Below are positions 30,113-40,584 of a stretch of DNA of 64,000 nt, piece by piece. Location of the stretch: assembly GCA_965603825.1 (NCBI GenBank), contig CBFDEM010000024.1, positions 558,001 to 622,000 on the forward strand. Reading direction: 5' to 3'. A model generated the notes under the pieces. That model saw nothing but the letters and a program-made list of their open reading frames with translations. It did not search any database and was not told where the DNA came from. Both the position numbers and the translations under genes were made by a program. Each line of letters opens with the position of its first letter. The first letter of the stretch is position 1. This stretch comes from Blepharisma stoltei ATCC 30299 (lineage: Eukaryota > Protista > Ciliophora).

Positions 30113-30436
30113 ATTAGAGTACTTTTTACAAAATAATAAATCTAATAGATAAACTTATAATAATATCATTTGCGATATGACTCTAGGAATAAATAATTTA
30201 ATCAATAATTGATAATTATAAAATTGAAAATGGAAATCATTTAAAAGAGGTTTATTATTGTACTCAGAGCATGCAGAAATTATTAGGCAAAAAATATTTT
30301 CTATTATTTTTTACCATATAAATCAAATAAGAAAATTTCTTAAAATTAACTAGTTTTATAATAAATTTCCTTATAAGTAGAATTAAAAGTAACAATATCG
30401 TAATATGACGATATTGGAAAATCATGATAATAATTA

Positions 30437-33400
30437 ATGGTCTTTTATGCATTACTATGGTACTTTCTACTTAAAGTCAACAGCTTGACGATGGAAAGAA
30501 TTCCTTCCACAAGTACTCCTCCAGAAGCAAGATCTTTATGTGTCATGGAAACTTTTCCAGACCTTAACGTAACTATTGTTTTTGGTGGCTACTCAGATCC
30601 CAGGAATGCTTTTAATGACCTATGAAGCTTCGACTTGCAAAGAAAAGCCTGAAGCCAGCTTGCTGCTTCCAATGATATTTACCCTAGTAACTTTTATTTA
30701 GCTTCTCGCTATAACGGAGGCTCATTCACAAGTTGAAGTGAGCAGTACTTCTATATTTTTGGTGGAATGTCTGTATCTGGCCCATTAAATGACTTGTGAA
30801 GATTCCAAGTAGATGGGTTTTTATGAACCCAAATAATCACATATGGGGATATTCCTTCTCCTCGTCTAAAATTTGGATATACAGCTTTCACTCAAGATGA
30901 TATTTTAAAATTCGCAGTATTCGGAGGGTTGACTATGAAAGGAGATGACAATGGTCTTTATTTGTAAAATATAATTTAGGCTTGATACATCAACTTGAAA
31001 ATGGAGAAAACTCCCTCAAAATGGTAGTTATCCGCCTGCAATTGAAGGAGCGACGCTTGATTATTATGAAGGATACTTTTTTTTGGCAGGCGGTGAAACT
31101 AGAGAAGCTGCAAACCCATCAATACAAACTTTTTATTTATATGATCTGAATAATGAAAAATGGAAAAATATAACATCAGCGCATACGTATTCTCCAAGGA
31201 CGCTTTGTGGAAGTGCTTTAATTAACGATGAGTTATATCTACTGAATGGTTATTCAAGTGTAACTAAGAAAAATGTACCTGAATGATATAAAGTCAGTTT
31301 ATCAGACCCTAATTATGAATGAAGCCAAGTTCAATTCGACACTGCTACAAATAACTTATTAACTTTAGATAGTTATGGGTATGCGTATTTCAAGTCAATT
31401 CTCCTTATTTTTGCAGGCGATCGAAATCCACCTATAACAAACCAATTAATGATTTTTGATTTGGGGACATCTCCCATCAAATCCGATGCCTATGACAGCT
31501 ACAATTCTCCAAGTCCAAGAATGTACCATTCAATGCAAGCAATGAATAATAATTTATATTTGTTTGGTGGGCTGGGCTCTAATCAAGAGCTTTATAATGA
31601 TTTATGGACTTTTGACTGTGTTGATGAAACTTGAAAAACGATTGATGCAATTGGAAATATCCCTCCCAAACGCTATGGCTATGCATCAGCGGCTAGTGCA
31701 GATTTAATGCTCGTGTGGGGAGGATATGGAGTAAACGGGTATTTAAATGATGGGTACTTACTTGATATTACGTCAAATGCATGGCATACCATGACATATT
31801 CAGGAGATGTTCCAAGTCCAAGAGTAGGTGCATGTGGTGCCCAGATGGGATCAAAAATCGTTATATATGGTGGATTAACAGAATCAGGGCTTTCTGATGA
31901 GCTATGGGTCTATGATTTGACGACTTATCAGTATACACTTTTAGATTATAACAATACGAAAGGGCCTGGAAAATTATATTATGCTACTTGCAGAATGTCT
32001 ACATCAACTCCGAATTTTGTATATGTGCTGTATGGAGAAACTGAAGATGAAAAGCCACTGAATGGAGTTTTTACTTTTAATATGTCAAGTAAAGCCTGAA
32101 TCGCTAATTATACAGATACAGTAGATCTTACATGGGCAAGGGCCAAAAGCTCAGTTTATAAGCTAAAAACTAGAATTCTAGTTATAGGAGGAGAATCGTT
32201 TGGAAATGAGCCAAAAAACGAAATTTTTTACTTAGACACAAACAATAACGAGCATTCTCAAATTGGAAAACTAGAAAGTTCTATTTATGCAGCAGCTTTT
32301 GCATATTTTCAAAACTATGTGTATATACATGGTGGAGGAACAGCAGTTGGCTCAATATTAAGGTTTAATGTGCCTTCTAATAAATTCATAAGAATTCACT
32401 TATGATCCGATTGCACTGACAATACAACTTGCTTTTGGGCCTGCAGTCCAGGGACTTATAGAAGTGATAACTGCATTATATGTCCTCCCGGGACTTATTC
32501 TGATGGATTTAACCATACTTTTTGTGATAAATGCCCTCAAGGGAAGTATAATGGCCATTATGGCGGAACATCAAAAGACTTATGCTACCCATGCCAAGAA
32601 GGCACTTATAGCAGTCAAAAAGGAGCTGCTGCTTGTTTGGACTGTCCATATGGATCAATTTGTGACGTGGGGAGTGTAAATTACACCTATCAATTAAAAA
32701 CCTACGACGATAAATCAATACAGCCAGCTCTTTACTCTCCAAATACAGACCAAATACATAATGATACCCTAATTATTCAAAGCACAGTTGGTTTTTCAGG
32801 CTTGATCGTTATTTTAGTATTAATTTTTGTAAAAAAAGGGCAAAGCTTGCTAGAAAGTATTGACTTGTACACAACGAATCATAATCATTTAGTCGGACAA
32901 GTTATGTATTTAAAGCAGACTTGGCTTGGAGGAGCTTTTAGCATAATTTTTATATTTCTCGCAATTATAGCAGTTGGGACAGCTTTGGTAAATTATTCTC
33001 TGAATAATGTATATGAGTCTAAAAGTTTAGTTCCATTAGTAGTGCTTGAGCAAGATGTTTCAAATGTGAGGTATATATAGTTTATTGGAGACTTTACAAT
33101 AGCAGTTACCTTAATTCATTACGGAGGGACTTGTGTGTCAGCTAATGCTTGTTCATCTGAGCTCTCCCAAACTATTACTGGGATTAATGGAATTTTCAGT
33201 AAATCTGTATGTAAAGCTTATGACAATGGAGATTGTGACATCTCTTTTAGGTGCAAAAATTGTGAAGTGTTAAGCTACGCACAAATTTCATATGCCATGA
33301 ATAACCAAAACGGTTATGTCTCAGGTTTTTCTGTCAATGTAACAGCTTCTTCTTCAATTCCTAATGAAAAAAGCAGCTACAAGACAACTATTGAGCCATC

Positions 33401-33929
33401 TAAAAATTTTGTGTTTATGGGAACAGTCCCATCTGTAGTTTATTTTTATACAATTCCTTCGGTAGCATTTATTTAGTATTACTCAGAACCCCAAACTGAT
33501 AAAAATCAGACAGGATATCATATGTCCTTAAAGCAAGCATCAGAAAAAGGATCAGAGTATCAAGCATTTGAGTAAAATTTACGCAGGCTTGGTTTAGCAT
33601 TTAATTCATACTTAAATATTAAGTTTGACATCGGAACGAATGGACTTGTGACAACGAGAAATGTCCGCCAAACATGGATTATTTTAATTACTACACTTTT
33701 AGGGTCTGTTTTTGGAATTATGGGAAGTATTGGAGGGATAATGAAGCTAGCTGAGAAGAGATGGACTGAAATTAAAAATAAAGTGAACAATAAAGCAGCT
33801 TTAATAAAAGCTGAAGAAAACTCAAATGCCATATCTAGCTCATATGAAAGTCCATACAGCTTTGAAGATATTTCACCTTTGCCATCAACTCCTGAAAAAT
33901 CTCCATCAATGAAGTATTTGATAATTTAA
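30437..33929 (+). CDS. Array copy 9 (subtype C), 1138 aa
   Basis: Signal peptide MVFYALLWYFLLKVNS. Introns 30687-30701, 30964-30979 (16 nt), 33066-33080 (GTGAG donor), 33462-33476, 33572-33586. Spliced length 3417 nt. Confidence 0.9.
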
Positions 33930-34101
33930 TAACTAATCAATAATATGGTAAAAGAAATATGTGAAATTTCAAATAGAAGAAATTGAGATTTGTTTCATTA
34001 TTTTATTTATGCAAAATTATGTCTTTAAAAGTTAATATTTAAATTTATTAAAATTTTTAAAAATCAAAGCTTTGGCAATAAATTAAAATTAATCAAAATC
34101 G

Positions 34102-34947
34102 TTATTCAAATCCAATTGGCCTTAAATACATCAAAAAATCACTTTTAGATCTTGTGTGCCCATATGATTTTCACAGCATTGAATTTTTCAAAGGATTTTG
34201 CAGCACTTTTTTGCTGTTCTCCATTGTTTTTCTTATTTCATCGTTTAATTCTTCGATCTTTTTGTCAGCATATTTCTCGTTTTCTCTATCCTTATCCTTA
34301 TGCTTTAATACAGACCCAAGCTCACAGCAACTTTCAAAAAAACTATTTCCAGCTGAAATTTCAGATGCTTGCAGATCTGAGCCTCGAGTTATTTCATAGG
34401 TATTTAATGTATCATATTCTGTTTGTGTGCTTTTAACAGAATTTAGATTTTTTGTATGATAAAGAATCAAAAAATCGTTAATGAACTCTAGTAAAGAATT
34501 GAAGGCTTCTTCATACTTGTAATTTCTAATTAATTCGGTGTATAGTGTATAGGCTCCTATTCGTTTCAGGAACAATTGATTTAAATTGTGCTCGTTCCTG
34601 ATCTGCTTTATGAGTGTACCAACATTTTCTTGGATTTTTTCATTGAATTTGGGAAGGTTTTGGCTTTTCTTTAAATGCTTCTATGTAAATTTTACTGAAA
34701 GCTCGGTGCACTCTTTTATAGCATTTTCTAGGTTTTTTGTTAAGTTTTGGTTTTCTGCCATAAAGGCATCTCTAAATAATGGATACTTTTCTTTCAATAG
34801 CTCACGGACGGCTTTTTTCAGCTGTGAATTTTGTATTGTTAGCTCTTCTATTTTTAATTTTTTCAGCTTTATTTCATTTGAAAAATGTTTTAGCTTGCTT
34901 TCTTGCAATTCGTAAGCTTTAAGCAATGTTTCTATCTTATTTTCCAT
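34102..34947 (-). CDS. Hypothetical coiled-coil protein
   Basis: Starts MENKIETLLKAYELQ at 34947. A 15-nt intron at 34681-34695 (gtaaaatttacatag on the minus strand) removes an in-frame TAG and joins ORFs 34681 and 34171. TGA at 34171 is read as Trp; TAA stop at 34102-34104. K/E/L-rich heptads. Confidence 0.7.
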
Positions 34948-35239
34948 GATTTTATCGGAAACAAAATAATAAATAATTTTAAAATGGAAATTAATAGGTA
35001 AATTAGGCTCAATTAAGCTATTAAAAGCGATGTGATATTGGCTTTGGACGTTTATTTCATAATATTTATAATTCTCAATCACTTTATTATTTATGTTTAG
35101 CATACTTAGCTGATTTTTTTGCATTTAAACTAAGAATTTATTCCAAAAATGAAAAATACACCTTCTTTAGCTTTGAAGGATCAATGCCAATCCAATTAAG
35201 CTCAAATGCAAAATCTCATAATTTTATTTATTTATAAAT

Positions 35240-35665
35240 ATGGGTGATAATTCTATGAAATATATCGCGTTCGCTGGAATAGTCACAGCACTAATTATAG
35301 CTAATGAAGAAATTATCAGGAAAAAGCTTAAAGGTTTAATTGGGTGGCTGAAAGAAAAAATGAGTAAAGAAAAAGTATATGTTCCTAATGATATAAGGGA
35401 AAATCCAGAAAATGACATAGAAGTAGAAGGGATGGAGGCATTATTATGCCCGATATCGCATGAGCTGATGAGAAATCCTGTGATTACTCCATATGGGCAT
35501 TGTTTTGAAAAATCACAAATAGAAGCTTGGCTGGACTTACATAATTACTGCCCACTAACCCGACAAAAATTAACAAAAAAGCAGCTAAGGCCTTGCTATA
35601 CGTTGAAATATGCGGTTGAGCAGTATATTCGCCTACAAGAAAAGCTAAACTTGAACAATAATTAA
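35240..35665 (+). CDS. Small U-box domain protein (putative E3 ubiquitin ligase) with N-terminal hydrophobic anchor
   Basis: LCPISHELMRNPVITPYGHCFEKSQIEAWL...CPLTRQKLT...LRPCYTLK is a U-box consensus. YIAFAGIVTALIIA is a hydrophobic segment. Confidence 0.88.
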   Translation: MGDNSMKYIAFAGIVTALIIANEEIIRKKLKGLIGWLKEKMSKEKVYVPNDIRENPENDIEVEGMEALLCPISHELMRNPVITPYGHCFEKSQIEAWLDLHNYCPLTRQKLTKKQLRPCYTLKYAVEQYIRLQEKLNLNNN

Positions 35666-35876
35666 CCTTCTATAATAGCTAAAATCATTGACATTTTAAT
35701 AAATTTTAAAGAATAAAATCTATTTTATTTAATTTATTATATTTTTAAATAATTATATCTATTAATGCTATTTTATATATTTAGTAATGACTACACTGCT
35801 AAAATCTCTAATTTAAATTTCATTGCATTTAGAAGCATATTAATTTTAAGGTTTTTGTAAACGGAAACTATCATAA

Positions 35877-36755
35877 ATGTCAAAAAATTACCAAAATCCA
35901 TCAACAGCTTCTAACCAAAAACAGTCAAAAATTCTATTTTCTGATAGTGAATCCAGCTCATCTCCTGGTGATTCTTTTATCCACGAAGAATCCTCAATTT
36001 CTCATCAGTTATCCCCAAAGTTCCAGCAAAGCGAAATCGGTGAAGAAATTCAAAGATCGATAACCCTAATTGCCTCAGCCCTTAAAAAAAGCAAAGTTCC
36101 CTATTCACAGCCTGATTTGTATGATGGTGACATTCGAAAAACCCTTAACTCGCTGAATTATTTTGTATCAACTATATGTAGTGAATACCTATATGCAATA
36201 AACAAAATTAATGCTGAGGCCTCATTAAATAAAATTGACTCATATAAGCAGCCGAAAATTGAAGAATTAAGGATCGCTAATGACAAGGTAAAAGACAAAG
36301 ACAAAATTGATGAAGTTGGCGTGACTGTTGTTAAAAAAGGCCAGTCAGATATTATGGCGAGACTATTTAAATTGCCAAAACAAGGATTAATGCTGACACA
36401 TGAAGACTGTAAAGAATTTTCCTCACTTATTATAGGCGCTATGAGGGACTCTGGAACTGCTGAGTTGCGAGAACAAATTGTGTATTTACAAGAAAAAGCT
36501 GTGAAATTTGGGAAATTGCTAAGTTTGACTAGAGCACAGCTTAGGAAAAAAGAAGATCAAGTCGATCAACTTTTACAGGCAAATAAAAATTTAAATCAGA
36601 TGTAAATCATATATAGAATTTCAAATCTCCAAGACAAAGTAGATGATAGATATTCCCCAGACCAAGAAATCTTCATAACTGATTTATCACCAAATAAGCA
36701 GCATTCTCACGAGACTTCAAGCACCCAGAGTGAAGCAGTCTTTATAAACCCTTAA
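35877..36755 (+). CDS. Hypothetical protein, Ser-rich N-terminus and C-terminal coiled coil
   Basis: 242-aa ORF whose TAA lies inside a canonical 15-nt intron at 36602-36616 (gtaaatcatatatag). Splicing extends the frame to TAA at 36753-36755. Confidence 0.7.
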
Positions 36756-36796
36756 TATTAATGAAATTAATACAATTTTTCCAAGAAATTAAAATT

Positions 36797-37663
36797 TTAT
36801 AAAGTCCTTCTCTTTTTAGCTGTGTTCATATAAGGTCTTGATACCCATTCGACTTGTGCTTGAGGCAAATCGACAGTTCCTAATGAAATTTGGTACAATT
36901 TCATTATAAATCTCGGCCCAATTTCTTCTAAAGCTACTGTCTTATAATCTTCTTTGTTATAAACGTGATTTCTAAAGATAATATAGTCTTCTTGGTTCAC
37001 AAAGCTTATAACTCTTTTACTGTCTAGCTTAGGCACTGGAAATAAGTATTTTAGTACATCAGAAACCCTATCCCCTATATTGCTTTGAAAATTATGAAAA
37101 ATCAAATGTGGGTACTCCTCCGACATCGTGTCCAGTTGTGTCTTCAAATCATGCCGAAGCACCACATTAGCCAATGCAAAATAAGCAGTAGGGCCACTTG
37201 GCATATGCGAAATAATCATCCCATCAGGCTTTCCTCTGTGCTCGTGTAGTATAATTAAATCAGTGAAATTATATTTTTGAGCAATTTCTACCAAATCTTT
37301 TATCACATAATTTCCACGATTTGTACGGGTGGTATTCGGGATCACGATTTTTAGCTCTTTTAAAAACTGCATAAGGCGAGAACTTGGCCTTCTTGATGTG
37401 GTCATCAGGATTTTAGGCTCAATTGCCCCTGCGTCTGCGTATTCGTCGTCCATATGGTTTCGAGGAATTGCAGTATTGATGTCTTCAAGCTCGATTTCGT
37501 TGCGCAGTTTGGCTTCTTCGTGGCGGAGCTCTGTGGGGATTGATTTGTGTTCTTCAAATGCTTCTTTTATTTTTTGCTTTTTGAGAGACTTGGATTGTTC
37601 TTGGTGCTCAAGACTTTTCTTATAGAGATACTCTTTTCTTAGTCTCACATTTTTTCGAAGCAT
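36797..37663 (-). CDS. IMP4: U3 snoRNP protein IMP4 (Brix domain)
   Basis: MLRKNVRLRKEYLYKKS, DDEY, TTSRRPSSRLMQFLKEL, HEHRGKPDGMIISHMPSGPTAYF, LEEIGPRF, EWVSRPYMNTAKKR. Confidence 0.95.
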   Translation of the reverse strand: MLRKNVRLRKEYLYKKSLEHQEQSKSLKKQKIKEAFEEHKSIPTELRHEEAKLRNEIELEDINTAIPRNHMDDEYADAGAIEPKILMTTSRRPSSRLMQFLKELKIVIPNTTRTNRGNYVIKDLVEIAQKYNFTDLIILHEHRGKPDGMIISHMPSGPTAYFALANVVLRHDLKTQLDTMSEEYPHLIFHNFQSNIGDRVSDVLKYLFPVPKLDSKRVISFVNQEDYIIFRNHVYNKEDYKTVALEEIGPRFIMKLYQISLGTVDLPQAQVEWVSRPYMNTAKKRRTL

Positions 37664-37764
37664 TTTATGATAATTAAGTTAAGTTATAATTTTTAAGGGA
37701 AATTGTAATAAATTTAATTGGAAAATATCAAAAATTAATTAGAGGGATTATTTAATTAAGTTAA

Positions 37765-39171
37765 TTAGCAAAATCTAAAGTCTCTGAAATCACTTTTCCC
37801 GAGTGCGATTACCCGAAATCCAATTTCTCTTAATGCGGAGTGGTTTAATAGGTTTCTCCCATCAAAAATATATGCAGGTTTCAGCATATCTTGGAACATC
37901 CTAGTATAATCAAAGTCTTTAAAACAATCCCACTCAGTAAGCACTAAAATTGCACTTGAGTTTTTTACTGCTTCATATGGGTTGGTTTCAGTAATTAAGT
38001 GTTTATCAGCTGATATAAAATCTAAAAATTTGTGTAAATTCATCTCATTTAGCATCATTTGTCTAGTGACCTTTGGGTCATACACATGGATTATCGCTCC
38101 TTCTTCTAATAAAGTACTTGCCACATAGCAGGCAGCAGTTTCCCTTGTATCACCAGTATTTTTCTTATAAGCGAACCCAAACATCGCTATATGTTTATTT
38201 TTCAATGTATTATTCATCGAGGTAATAATGCATTTGGTGAACCTATTCCTCTGAAACTCATTCATTATAATTACTTGTCTTCAGTAATTAGCTACATCAG
38301 TAAGCCCAATGCTTTCACAGATATATACTAAACACAGCACGTCTTTGGTAAAGCATGATCCTCCAAATCCTACACTTGTCCTGAGGAATTTGTTTCCTAT
38401 TCTTTCATCTGTTCCTATTACTGTTGAAACTTCGTCTATATCTGCTCCAACTCTTTCACAAACAGCGCTTATGCTGTTTATAGAAGAAATTCTTTGGGCT
38501 AGCATAGCATTACTACAAAGTTTGGATAATTCAGAAGACCATAAGCTTGTAGTCAAAATTTTAGTCCTTGGGACCCATCTTGCATAGAGATTTGCCAAGG
38601 TTTCGATGGCTTCTTCGTTTTTTCCACCTATAAGAACTCTGCTTGGGTTTAATAAATCGTTAACAGCAGTACCTTCAGCGAGAAATTCGGGGTTCGAAAG
38701 AACTGAAAAATCAAGTCCAGGGGCATTATGGGTCAAAATCTGTTCAATAATTTCAGCAGTTCTTACAGCGACTGTGGATTTTTCTACGATGATTTTTTTA
38801 TCTGTGCAATCCTTTAATACTGATGCAATTGATCTCACTGAGCTTTCTAAATAAGTCAAATCAAAAGCGCAGCCTGCACCTTCTCCGTAAGTCTTTGTAG
38901 GAGTATTAACGCAGATAAAAATTATGTTGGAATTTTTGATTTCGTTAGAAACATCGTTTGAAAAAGATAAATTTCGGCCACGACAATTTTGAACTATTTC
39001 AAGGAGGCATGATTCATAAATTGGAAGTTCATTAGAATTTCAACGAGAAATTTTCTCGGGATCGAGATCAAGGCAGGATATTTGAAGATCTGGGCATTTA
39101 TAAGCAAAAACAGCCATAGTGGGACCACCTACAAACCCTGCTCCTATGCATGAAATTTTATGAACTTCCAT
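37765..39171 (-). CDS. UGDH: UDP-glucose 6-dehydrogenase
   Basis: Single frame with TGA=Trp (39040, 38281): [73 protein letters not shown]. Confidence 0.96.
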
Positions 39172-39490
39172 TTATATTTAAAATGAAAAAAATTAGAAAT
39201 CGTATGGATTTGAGTCAATTAAGGCAAAATATTCAGAATTAATTGAAATTTATAATAAAAGCCTATCTAATTTTTTTATAAAATAAATTTATTTAGTCAT
39301 ATAATTAAGAAAATAAAGTTAAAACATTAAAACATATGTTGAAAACTGTATTATTCATAAACATTTCGCATATTTATAAATTATTTCTTCAATTAATTTA
39401 TATTCTTTTAGTATCTATGTGAATTTAAACACTTATAGCAGCAATTTATATTATGAATTTATATCCATTAATTGAAATTATCTGATAATT

Positions 39491-39832
39491 ATGAATTTTT
39501 TTAAGCTTCGCAGATTTTTTGGAGCTGCTAAAGATTATTCTTCCGTCATTTCAGGGCATTCAAAAGCTCATCCTATTTTGCTATACTCACGTTCAGATTC
39601 TCAGCAAAGTGCTAGAGCAAAATCTTTGTTATCTGAACATAAATTATCACCATTTGTGATTGAAATAGATAAGGAAGAAGATCCAAAATCTTTTAGAGAA
39701 GCTCTTAAAGAAGCAACAAACTTAACAAGAATTCCGATAATTTTTGTTCGAGGAAAGCCAATTGGTGGCTTAGGAGATCTTCGGAAAAAATTGAAGAATG
39801 GAGAGATACAGTCTGAACTGAAAGACAAATAA
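39491..39832 (+). CDS. Glutaredoxin-like protein lacking active-site cysteines, probable mitochondrial presequence
   Basis: Grx pattern PILLYSRS...RAKSLL...VIEID...LKEAT..TRIPIIFVRGKPIGGLGDL..KLKNGE. SQQS occupies the CPYC position. N-terminus MNFFKLRRFFG. Confidence 0.8.
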   Translation: MNFFKLRRFFGAAKDYSSVISGHSKAHPILLYSRSDSQQSARAKSLLSEHKLSPFVIEIDKEEDPKSFREALKEATNLTRIPIIFVRGKPIGGLGDLRKKLKNGEIQSELKDK

Positions 39833-40584
39833 TTAAATCAAAAATTGAGGTATGCTAAAGAGTGTAATTTTAAGTATATGCAGTTCTGAAAAGCTTAATT
39901 AACACTTGAAATAATTTCCATTGCTATATTTATAGATAAATCCGAATTTGCCTTAGTAATGGCCTTTTAGTTTTGTCCTATAAAAATTGTGTTATTAACG
40001 TGCATTTTTTATTATAAAATAAGTCAAAAAATCCAGTAAATTTCTAAATTAAATCATCTCTCATTCATATAAATCTTAAAACATTTTTATAATTTGTAAA
40101 GCTGAATAGTTTACTCTCAAGATATAAAATTCACTTCCACACATACCTCAAATTAAACTATTTATATTTATTTAGTATAATTTTATAGTTTATAATAATT
40201 TTAATATTTCCTGGATCTGATATAGCATAGCTCGATAATTAGTCTAATTCTAATTCTGCAGTTTAAATATAAAGAGGTCTTTATTTTTTGATTTTAGTCG
40301 TCTTGTTGCAATATGTTTTGCTTATAAAGAGCTATTTTGCCAAAATATCCAATTGAGATAATGCTAAAAACATTGGAAATAATCAGAAAACCCTGCAAGA
40401 TCCCAAAAAAATGAAGAAAATATTCTCATCACTGACTAAATTCTATCAGATATCGCTTCTTTGTCCATTTTTAATTTAACTTCGTTTATAAAACTTTTCG
40501 TTAATTTTCCAGTAGAGATGAATATTTATGCAGATTTCAACAGCAATTTAGTATTAAATATCCATTAATTACTACATAGTTTAT

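Larger units (their letters stand above)
1..33929 (+). repeat. Tandem gene array: nine head-to-tail paralogs of a kelch/Cys-rich/3-TM membrane protein (order A-B-A-B-A-B-C-C-C); begins upstream of the window
   Basis: The same motif series recurs every ~3.6-4.1 kb: P-x-T-x-x-P-P, FGGMS.xGPLNDLW, SPSPRMYHS, YLNDGY, GLSDELW, HGGGT...LLRFxVPSNKF, CYPC, HNH, KSLVPLVVLxQD, NVTxSSSIP, TGYH, LLGSVF. Five introns lie at homologous positions in every copy. Confidence 0.97.

Noticed and set aside
29749-33832. Conserved antisense ORFs 29749-30024 and 33560-33832
   Set aside because: Their similarity follows from the near-identical sense-strand TM3 exons of copies 8 and 9; they are shadow ORFs.
1-33929. 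Array copies as pseudogenes or as many small separate genes, as the fragmented ORF track suggests
   Set aside because: The breaks I examined are TGA at Trp positions or lie inside 15/16-nt GT-AG introns, and spliced lengths are multiples of 3 for all nine copies.
1-33929. Assigning the array specifically as the Blepharisma gamone (mating pheromone) receptor
   Set aside because: Nothing in the sequence identifies a ligand; kept only as a hypothesis to test with mating-type expression data.
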